The position numbers were made by a program, and so were the translations under genes. Shown here piece after piece: positions 53,730 through 64,000 of a stretch of DNA of 64,000 nucleotides (position 1 is its first letter; each line of letters starts with the position of its first letter). The notes beneath the pieces are model-generated. The model worked only from the letters and a program-made list of their open reading frames with translations. It was not told the DNA's origin and did not search any database. This DNA comes from Octopus vulgaris (lineage: Eukaryota): assembly GCA_951406725.2 (NCBI GenBank), contig OX597834.1:27714001-27778000 (forward strand). The letters are read 5' to 3'.

Positions 53730-54258
53730 GATAAATGAATTATCTTGTTACGGATTATTCAAAAGATAACCGATACCTGGGTAGCAAAAATCACAACAGA
53801 AAAATCACGGTTGAGGTTACGACCATGGGGTCTCAAACCCGTGCCTTAATGCGGAAATTTGAAGTATTCTTAAAACAATTCGAATTTTAACACCAGTCAT
53901 ACAGAATACATTCTCACTCTTTGATTTTCCTGTAACCCTCCCCCCTGTTAGCCGGATTTTGACCTTGATTTATCTCAACGGACTTTTTCGTCAGCTTTCA
54001 CCCAGCCTGGCGTCAACGCATATTGAGAGACAGTTCTGTGTCATTTATCCCATGGGCTCCTCGCGAGCGTTTGTCGAAAAGGTTGATGTGCATTTTGTTG
54101 GAGAATCAAGTTCCTGGATTTTCCTGAAGAGAAGGCTGCAAAATGGTCTCCTTATTCAATCCGAATTAGGGACTTTGCAGCCTTTGAAACATATGTAGAA
54201 AATAATAAAAAGGAATTTTGTTAAATCTTCGTTCAGCTCCATTTCTTCCTACACTAAA
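53724..54258 (+). mobile_element. TA-flanked ~535-bp non-coding element with HHR, family H5
   Basis: Sequence unique in this window, bounded by (TA)n tracts; contains the HHR at 54118-54203. Confidence 0.72.
54118..54203 (+). ncRNA. type I hammerhead ribozyme with extended stem II
   Basis: ATTTTC-CTGAAGA-GAAGGCTGCAAA...TTTGCAGCCTTT-GAAA-C-ATAT-G-T-A-GAAAAT: 6-bp stem I, 12-bp stem II (G10.1-U11.1), palindromic ACAUAUGU stem III, GUA triplet (A17 = 54197). Confidence 0.87.
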
Positions 54259-54321
54259 TATATATATATATATATATATTATATTATATTATATTTTATT
54301 TTATATTATATTATATTATAT

Positions 54322-54393
<72 letters not shown>

Positions 54394-54577
54394 AGGCACT
54401 AATATACATATATACATCAGCGCACAAACACATACGCATGCACAAATATACAGACATAAACTCGCTCGTACAACTTCAATGATACATATACGTATTCTGA
54501 TAATATTAATTGTATACACAACATAAACTGAAATATAGAGAACCATATGCTTCCTATACTTCCATATATATATATAT

Positions 54578-54626
<49 letters not shown>

Positions 54627-54699
54627 TGTGTGTACCTATCTATCTGTATACACACACACACACATGCATATATATGTATATGTGTGTCTAAATAAATAA

Positions 54700-54736
<37 letters not shown>

Positions 54737-55051
54737 CATAGACACACACACACATATATATACAAACATACAGATTCGCATTTCAGGTTTACAGAGTTTG
54801 ACGACTAAAATACACTCCACAGGTGTTTTAAACCGGTGCAAATCAAATTTACTTTTTTAAATTATTTGGATTTTTTTTTCAATTTCTTTTCGGTTTCTTT
54901 TACATTTTATTTTTTTTTATTTATGTATACATTATTTAAATCATTTTTTGACGAAAACTTTTACACCGTATAAAACTTTCAAAGTTGAACAGCATTAAAC
55001 TCCCAGTATCTTCATACATATACATATCTCTGTGTGTGCGCGGATATATAG

Positions 55052-55110
<59 letters not shown>

Positions 55111-55134
55111 CATATATACATATGTGTGTATATA

Positions 55135-55181
<47 letters not shown>

Positions 55182-55274
55182 GTATATATATATATATAAT
55201 ACATATGTATATATAAATATATATATACATATATATGTACATATATACACACACAAATATATATACATACATAC

Positions 55275-55326
<52 letters not shown>

Positions 55327-55689
55327 TGGTGTACGAGTTTGTATAATATATGCATGTTATGTATATCAGTATGTTCATGTCTCGTCACCTTTTTCACTTC
55401 TCACTTGATGATGTCTACATATATATATATGTGTGTGTGTGTGTGGGTGTACACATATATGTATACACACATACACACACACATACATATATACACACAT
55501 ACATATACATATATGTACAGGTACACATACATGCATACATACATACATATATACTATATATGTTATGTACACTTTATATCATATCTTATATAAGTTGAAT
55601 CGACAAATCTCACCTGTACTGTTCAATTATATTCTGATGAAGATATATGACATTTAAGTTACCGAAAACAACAATATACATTACAAAAG

Positions 55690-55719
55690 AACAACAACAA
55701 CAGCAACAACAACAATAAC

Positions 55720-55778
<59 letters not shown>

Positions 55779-55792
55779 TGATGATGATGATG

Positions 55793-55841
<49 letters not shown>

Positions 55842-55855
55842 TGATGATGATGATC

Positions 55856-55907
<52 letters not shown>

Positions 55908-55992
55908 TGATGATGATGATAATAATAATAATAATAATAATAATGATAATAATAACAATAATAATAACAACAAAAATAATGATAATAATAAC

Positions 55993-56024
<32 letters not shown>

Positions 56025-56143
56025 TAATAATAATAATAAAGCCACCCACCACTAGTAAATACTAAATACATGAATAAGCAAAAAAAAAAACCCAACAAAC
56101 CGTGTACATAGAACATCCCGTAATTTTTCTCTTATTATTATTA

Positions 56144-56216
<73 letters not shown>

Positions 56217-56297
56217 ATCATCATCATCATCATCATTACCATCATCATCATTACCACCATCATCATCATCATCATCATCATCATCATAATCGTCGTC

Positions 56298-56329
<32 letters not shown>

Positions 56330-56464
56330 TTCTACTTCACAGTTTCTTTTTTCATCCGTTTTGAGGGAAATAAAACTTCAAACAATCCAGGAGAACACAC
56401 AACGAAGGGGTCGGGGGTAGAAGACAGAAAATATGTAGGCAGAAAGAAAAAAAAACAACATGAC

Positions 56465-56530
<66 letters not shown>

Positions 56531-56545
56531 ACAACAACAACAATC
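55690..56545. repeat. compound (AAT)n/(GAT)n/(TTA)n/(CAT)n microsatellites
   Basis: Directly visible. Confidence 0.95.
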
Positions 56546-56812
56546 ACTTTAATAATAATTATAAAACAATAGATCATGTACATAACCTATGACGGTGAAA
56601 TTTTCCAGGAATTTATTTTGAAATTTACTTTGGATATTAAATTTCCTCTCCAAACTAAAAATGGTGAGAAAAGTCTTCTTTCTGTCTGTTTCCGCTAAAG
56701 TCACCAAACTTTTTCTTTCGATGATATCAAAATTCCTGTTTGATGTTGAAAGCATAATGTATGGTATGCACATTTATACGCACATATGTGCGTGTATATA
56801 TATACTTATATA

Positions 56813-56888
<76 letters not shown>

Positions 56889-57073
56889 TAGATATATACA
56901 TATATCAGTACAGTACATATTCATATATATATATATATATATATGCGTGTATATATATATATATGTATATATGTATATATATATATACATATACATATAT
57001 ATATATATATACATATATATATATGTATATATGTATATATATATATATATGTATATATGTATATATATACATA

Positions 57074-57133
<60 letters not shown>

Positions 57134-57145
57134 CATATATATATA

Positions 57146-57207
<62 letters not shown>

Positions 57208-57520
57208 CGAATCCTGATCAATACGCATCCGGAAAGTTGCTGTAGTAACGAAGCTAAAGAACGCACAGTAAACCGCTTGCTACAGATTGATCTCTTACTC
57301 TGCTGTGCATGTGCACTGAATTTTAACGTTCTAGCTCACTTCCACTGTTTACAGCAGTGCTTGGAAGGAAGGTGTGTAGCGTGCTATCGTCGTATTGATC
57401 GTGGCGGAGAAGGTTGGCATGGCGATACCTGCTCAGAGGCCTACGCAATGCCGCAGAAAGTATATGGAGAGGAGTGTATGAGCCGCACACAAGTGTACAA
57501 GTGGTTCAGACGATTTCAAA

Positions 57521-57934
57521 GGCGGCGAGCTGGCAGAAACGTTAGCACGCCGGGCGAAATGCTTAGCGGTATTTCGTCTGCGTTACGTTCTGAGTTCAAA
57601 TTCCGCCGAGGTCGACTTGGCCTTTCATCCTTTCGGGGTCGATAAATTAAGTACCAGTTACGCACTGGGGTCGATGTAATCGACTTAATACCTATGTCTG
57701 TCCTTGTTTGTCCGCTCTGTGTTTAGCCCCTTGTGGGTAGTAAAGAAATAGGTATTTCGTCTGCCGCTACGTTCTGAGTTCAAATTCCGCCGAGGTCGAC
57801 TTTGCCTTTCATCCTTTCGGGGTCGATAAATTAAGTACCAGTTACGAACTGGGGTCGATGTAATCGACTTAATACCTATGCCTGTCCTTGTTTGCCCGCT
57901 CTGTGTTTAGCCCCTTGTGGGTAATAAAGAAATA
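57521..57934 (+). mobile_element. SINE family C with tandemly duplicated body
   Basis: Body repeated from about 57751; 17-bp TSD GGTTCAGACG(A/T)TTTCAA at 57503-57519 and 57935-57951. Confidence 0.92.
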
Positions 57935-58237
57935 GGTTCAGACGTTTTCAAGATGACCGAAAAACTGTCGATAGCAACTAGCAGAACTGAGAAAAACGTC
58001 GCAGATTTGCGTACAGCTGTGAGAGGAAATCGTCGAATCACCATCCGTGAGTTTTCAGAGGATGAGCAGATTAGTTACGACTCCCTTCAGTGCATTATTA
58101 CTGAAGATTTGAGTTGGAGCTGCGTATCTGCCATGATTGTATGAAAACTGATTTTCGGCCGACCAAAACGACACTCAGGTTTCAGTTGCACAAGATCTTG
58201 GTTGTGTCGAGAACGATAAACACTTTTTGACCACTTT

Positions 58238-58490
58238 GTGAAAGGTAGGAGAGTCCAGTTTGCTGGACATTGTTGTAGAGCTAAAAAAGAAGTAATTTCT
58301 ACTCTTCTCCTCTGGAGGCCATCTACTCGCAATACCAGAGGGCGCACACTCTCCTACCCTGATGTAATCTCCAGGGATACAGGCATCCAGCAACAGGACC
58401 TCCGTAATGCCATGATGGACCGTGAAGTCTGGCGTAGCATGGTAAATTCCATTGTCTCGACCACGGTCGAACAATGATGATGATGATGAT
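58238..58490 (+). mobile_element. RTE-clade LINE 3' fragment (same family as 10019-10305)
   Basis: KGRRVQFAGHCCR...DREVWRSMVNSIVSTTVEQ* plus (TGA)n tail. Confidence 0.9.
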
Positions 58491-58757
58491 GTAGGCCTTG
58501 GAGCAGGTATCATTAACCTTCTAGCAAAATTTGATGCAGATTCTCTGCTGACCTTTCTTCCAAGCACTGCTGTAAACAACGGAAGTGTGCTAGAGCGGTC
58601 AATCTGTGCCAAGCGGCTTTACTCTGCTTGTTTTAGCTTTGTTACTATTGCAACAATTCGAATATTTATTGATCAGACCACGTGTATATATATGTGTGTG
58701 TGTGTGTGTGTTTAAAATAGGCATAACTCCAAGAACGAACACATTAATACAATATGA

Positions 58758-59163
58758 GGGTGGCGAGCTGGCAGAAACGTTAGCACGCCGGGCGAAATGC
58801 TTAGCGGCATTTCGTCTGCCGCTACGTTCTGAGTTCAAATTCCGCCGAGGTCGACTTTGCCTTTCATCCTTTCGGGGTCGATTAAATAAGTATCAGTTAC
58901 GATCTGGGGTCGATGTAATCGACTTAATGCCTATGTCTGTCCCTGTTTGTCCCCTCTGTGTTTAGCCCCCACCCCCTTGTGGGTAGTAAAGAAATAGGTA
59001 TTTCGTCTGCCGTCAGGTTTTGAGTTCGAATTCCGCCGATGTCGATTTTGCTTTTCATTCTTTCAGGGTCGATAAAATTAGTACCAGTTACGTATTGGGG
59101 TAGATGTGACCGACTTAATCCCTTCCCCAAAATTTTGAGGCTTTGTGCTTCCAGTAGAAAAGA
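58758..59163 (+). mobile_element. SINE family C joined to an older partial copy
   Basis: Matches 57521-57750; a second, more diverged body starts at about 58997. Confidence 0.85.
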
Positions 59164-60008
59164 TTTTTATCTATCTACTATCCTAGATTTTATTTCTTGT
59201 AAATTCTCGCTCTCCTTCCTTCAGTCATACTTTTTATTTAAAAAAACAGGCATCCTTACTGTATTTGATGTAGAAAACTCCAAGGAGAGTATTATAACAC
59301 CTTTAACGAATATGTTATACTAGACTGGAATCGCAAATAAATGCTTTGAGAAGTCAATGAATCAGCTTGTTTAATAGGAATGGTGTAAATCTGTACGCTA
59401 TTTATGATAGAAAACCCTAGAAACACCACTTCAGATAGTACAAGGCCTTAACTGACGGCTAAATCATCAGGGAAAAACGGAACCCTTTTATTATAAGTAA
59501 AGAGTGGGATCCAATGAAAGGGGTAATGGTTTTCTGTATCGGCAATTATGGAGAATATAGAACTGAAAAGTGTATTAAACTGGTTCTCTGTCAGAGAAGC
59601 AATGTCTAAATTTAGCTGTGCACTTTTCCGTTTTTTTCTCCATACTCCAAGATATTGTGGAATAGATATTTTAATCACAATAACCTAGCTTTGATATCTT
59701 GTGCAAAACACCAATTTCCATGTTTTTTTTTAAAATTTGCTCAAGTATGTTTTGAAGAAAGTGGATGTGGCAAGTTGTGATGTTCATTCTTCTCTCGATA
59801 TAATGAAAGGTAATTAACAGCATTAGACAGTGGGATAATTCACGTTGGTATCGCTTCTCATTCTCTATTTAAAAGGGTCCTTATAACTTGTTTGACAGCT
59901 TATGCTGCTAAATAGTCAATACAAGTTTCATTTTAAGAAGAATTCGGTATAAATAACATAAAGACAGGAAGAAATATAGGAAGTGATGTACCCTTCATCT
60001 CCTAAAGG

Positions 60009-60813
60009 TATGAGTAGAGACTTACAATTTTCCCAAAAGCAACACTAGGAACGGTTTTTATCTCTAGGACCTGCTAAAAGTGCTACATAATGACGAGAAC
60101 GGATGTGAGAATATGTGGTATTCATACCTTTGCCGTAGACGTTCTTGGAATAAATCTTTCCCCTCCTGCACCACCAGGCCACGACCGACCTCTGGTGACT
60201 TTCTTGACAAGCGCTGTGTACTTATTTGGTTACACGTAATGTATTTCTTCATTTTTACGAGACGCCATCTTGTCGATTAGATGCAGACGAGTCCTAAAAA
60301 ACTTTTAATTACTCTAGACTAGGTAATTTTCAGAGTAAAATAAAATAGCTTTGAATGTGGACGATGTCGAATTGCATACTGCAAAGGATGAAAAGAATCT
60401 AGAAACACCGCCGTAGATAGTACATGGATTTAAGCACGAAATTTATCGACTACAAAAATAAAATAACTTCCTGAGTACTCACGATGTAAAGAGTCCTAAC
60501 TAATACCTAAGGCATTTAAGATTTTTAGGACTCGTCTGCATCTATTCGACAAGATGGCGTCTCGTTAAAATGAAGAAATACATTACGTGTAACCAAATAA
60601 GTACACAGCGCTTGTCAAGAAAGTCACCAGAGGTCGGTCGTGGCCTGGTGGTGCAGGAGGGGAAAGATTTATTCCAAGAACGTCTACGGCAAAGGCATGA
60701 ATACCACATATTCTCACATCCGTTCTCGTCATTATGTAGAACTTTTAGCAGGACCTTGAGATAAAAACATTTCCTAGTGTTGCTTTTGGGAAAATTGTAA
60801 GTCTCTACTCATA
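60009..60813. mobile_element. fold-back DNA element with ~290-bp TIRs
   Basis: 60009-60300 is the reverse complement of about 60522-60813 with few mismatches (hence the twin ORFs 60064- and 60570+). Confidence 0.9.
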
Positions 60814-61072
60814 TAATACTTTAGAGTAATACTAAACTTATCGACTCCCGAAAGGATTTGAACTCAGAACACAAAGAGCCGGAATAAATAACACGATACA
60901 TTTTGTCTGATGCTCTAATGATTATGTCAATCCAGCTACTGTAAATGAATGTTTGGAGTGGAATTTATTACAAGAGTTGATTAACAGAGAGTAACAGTAA
61001 CATAGTTTTGACCTCACATATATTTAGATTACAAACCATGACTATAAGACTGGAGTTATATAATAATGCAAC

Positions 61073-61166
61073 ATGATGAACAAGAAGAAGAGAACGACGA
61101 CGACGACGACGACGATGTCACAGACAACTACGACGACCATGGCGACGATAATGCTGTTATTATTGT

Positions 61167-61211
<45 letters not shown>

Positions 61212-61919
61212 CGATGATGATGATGATGATGGTAGTGGTGGTAGCGGTGGTGGTGGTGGTGATGATGATGGCGATGATGACACTGACAATCGTGATAATG
61301 ATGATGGGGGTATTGTGGATGATGATGATGGCGATGATGATGATGATGGTAGTGGTGGCGGCGGCGGCGGTGGTGGTGGTGATGATGATGGCGATGATGA
61401 CACTGACAATCGTGATAATGATGATGGGGGTATTGTGGATGATGATGATGGCGATGATGATGATGATGGTAGTGGTGGTGGTGATGATGATGGCGATGAT
61501 GACACTGACAATCGTGATAATGATGATGATGGGGGTATTGTGGATGACGATGATGGCGATGATGATGATGACGATCATGATGACGATCATGATGATCAAA
61601 AGAAGGGTGAGTGAAAAAAAAAACAGGTAAAAGAAAGAGAAGTAAGATATAAAATAATAAAAAGAAAAAAGAAAGAAAACGAAAAAAAAAAACGAGCAAA
61701 GACGAGGAATTGCCAAATCTCAGTCGGTTTGACATATTGTTGCTTTATCTTGCATTGGAACCAATTATAGATCAATAACTGGAAATTTCCTGCTTCCTGA
61801 ATCTTGGAAATACCTTCACGAAGGTTCCACCAAATCTTCTAGCAACACAACCAGCGTCTTTTCTGATATTTTTTTCTGATATTACTACCATGTTTCTTTC
61901 ATTATTATTATTATTATCA

Positions 61920-61950
<31 letters not shown>

Positions 61951-62053
61951 TATTATCATTATTATTATCATCATTATTATTATTATTATTATTATTATCA
62001 TTATTATTATTACTACTACTACTACTATTATTATTATTATTATTATTATTATT

Positions 62054-62106
<53 letters not shown>

Positions 62107-62188
62107 TATTATTATTATTATTATTATCATTATTATTATTACTACTACTACTATTATTATTACTATTATTATTATTATTATTATTATT

Positions 62189-62253
<65 letters not shown>

Positions 62254-62338
62254 CATTATTATTGTTATTGTTGTTGCTGTTGTTATTCTTGTTATCATTA
62301 TTATTATTATTACTGTTGCCATCATCGTCGTAATCACT

Positions 62339-62415
<77 letters not shown>

Positions 62416-62500
62416 CATTATTATTGTTATTGTTGTTGCTGTTGTTATTCTTGTTATCATTATTATTATTATTACTGTTGCCATCATCGTCGTAATCACT

Positions 62501-62546
<46 letters not shown>

Positions 62547-62567
62547 CCATCATCATCATCGTCGTCG

Positions 62568-62629
<62 letters not shown>

Positions 62630-62645
62630 GTCGTCATCATCATTA
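61073..62645. repeat. (GAT)/(GGT)/(ATT)/(CAT) microsatellites with higher-order duplications
   Basis: gacactgacaatcgtgataatgatgatgggggtattgtgg occurs three times (first period 120 bp); gttgttattcttgttatc...gccatcatcgtcgtaatcact occurs twice. Confidence 0.9.
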
Positions 62646-63101
62646 TTTATTCGCATTCTGCCTTGTTTCTCTTTAATTTCAGAATCAGGAACATCAGAAT
62701 GAGATCAGATAGTTGTTAGTGAGAGGATGTTAGTTTTTTTTTATCATTTTTGTTTATTTGTTTGTCGGTTTTCTTTTTTTCCTTTTCTGTTTGTATAATG
62801 TCCTCTTACGTGGTATGTGCCGTTGTTTTTCGTTTTGGCTTTTTGTTCGGTTCAGTCCTACTCGCTCCTCTTCTTGTCATTGTGTCTGTCAGCTGTATTC
62901 ATCCCTGGTTTCGTTTATATCATTTGTATTGTGCCTTAAGCCATACAATACACTTCTACACAAAAACAGTATACATGCATGCATATATATTTGTGTATAG
63001 GTGGGTCTACATCTATATAGATATGGCTACATATAAATGCATATATATACTGGCATACTTTATATATTTATATGTATATATTATATATGTGTGTGTATAA
63101 A

Positions 63102-63154
<53 letters not shown>

Positions 63155-63194
63155 TGTATTGATGTATATAAATACATAGAATCATATGTATGCA

Positions 63195-63232
<38 letters not shown>

Positions 63233-63466
63233 CATATATATACATATATATATATGTGTGTATATATATATATATACACATATATACATATGCATATATA
63301 CATATATATATGTATATATATACACGCATATGTATATATACATATGTATATTTACTCATATATATATGCATATAGTATTTATATATGCTTGCATATATGT
63401 AAACATATAAAGACATACACACAGAGACTTCTATATATTCACATGCATGTATGTGTGTGTGTGATT

Positions 63467-63553
<87 letters not shown>

Positions 63554-63554
<1 letters not shown>

Positions 63555-63660
63555 CCTCGTGGAGCTTTAAGTGTTTCCGCTCAATAAATACACACAACGC
63601 CCGGTCTGGGAATCGAAACCGCGAGCCCGCTGCCCTAACCACTGGGCCACTGTGACTCCA
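63554..63660 (-). mobile_element. SINE family A head fragment
   Basis: gcctcgtggagcttt...cgctcaataaa...ctgggaatcgaaaccgcg...cactgggcc. Confidence 0.8.
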
Positions 63661-64000
63661 GTTCTCAGTAATAATTGAAAAGTATTATTTATTTGTACAT
63701 CTATCCTCGTTTATTATCATATCCATATTTTAGATCACGTGTGTAAAACCTTATATTTTTTTCATTAGATATTTGAGTTTAATGAATTAACTGTTTCATA
63801 TTAATGTAAGCATTTTGCATTTTAAACGTTTCTTCTTTGAACAAATTTTCTGGAGCGTGACACAGAAGGTAGATAGAAGGGGCGATACTATTTTATTAAC
63901 ACGAGGGTTATACCAAATGTATTATGAAAGTGAGCACAACATTTCTTTTTAATTGATGCGGGTTCGTTCAAGCTGCCCATGTTGGTAGGATAGCTCTTCT

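Larger units (their letters stand above)
57206..58684 (+). mobile_element. non-autonomous mariner with extended inverted ends, carrying nested SINE C and RTE insertions
   Basis: TIRs tacga...ctgatcaata...gtaacgaagctaaa / tttagctttgttac...tattgatcagaccacgtg; [32 protein letters not shown] and NRRITIREFSE (mariner HTH). Confidence 0.82.

Noticed and set aside
55630-55675. CTGATGA...GAAA hammerhead-like spacing
   Set aside because: Poor stem II and no UH cleavage site or stem III.
61772-62656. 294-aa D/N-rich ORF and the 61066-61614 D/G-rich ORF as biomineralisation-like proteins
   Set aside because: Triplet microsatellites open in several frames on both strands; no signal peptide or unique domain.

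Overview
AT-rich, microsatellite-saturated eukaryotic non-coding DNA. The tRNA-headed SINE families and repeat landscape suggest an Octopus-type cephalopod genome (inference from repeat content). I find no supportable host protein-coding exon; nearly all listed ORFs are translations of (TA)n/(CA)n/(TAGA)n/(ATT)n/(GAT)n repeats. The window holds four SINE families, mariner/Tc1/pogo relics and MITEs, three non-autonomous Helitrons, RTE and R4/Dong LINE fragments, and a decayed Penelope-like element (PLE; RT + GIY-YIG). The main discovery is a dense set of short non-coding insertions, mostly sitting in (TA)n tracts and often folded back head-to-head. They carry type I hammerhead ribozyme (HHR) motifs with palindromic stem III and belong to at least six apparently unrelated sequence families. 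These include canonical HHRs (36818-36907, 54118-54203, 13020-13054, 1128-1170), a family with a swapped G3-C8 core pair, and a family with an A6->U core. This looks like a PLE-mobilised retrozyme-like system. A 132-bp block is also duplicated with 100% identity 4.8 kb apart and contains a hammerhead-like fold. All structures were paired by eye, and no catalytic activity is demonstrated.
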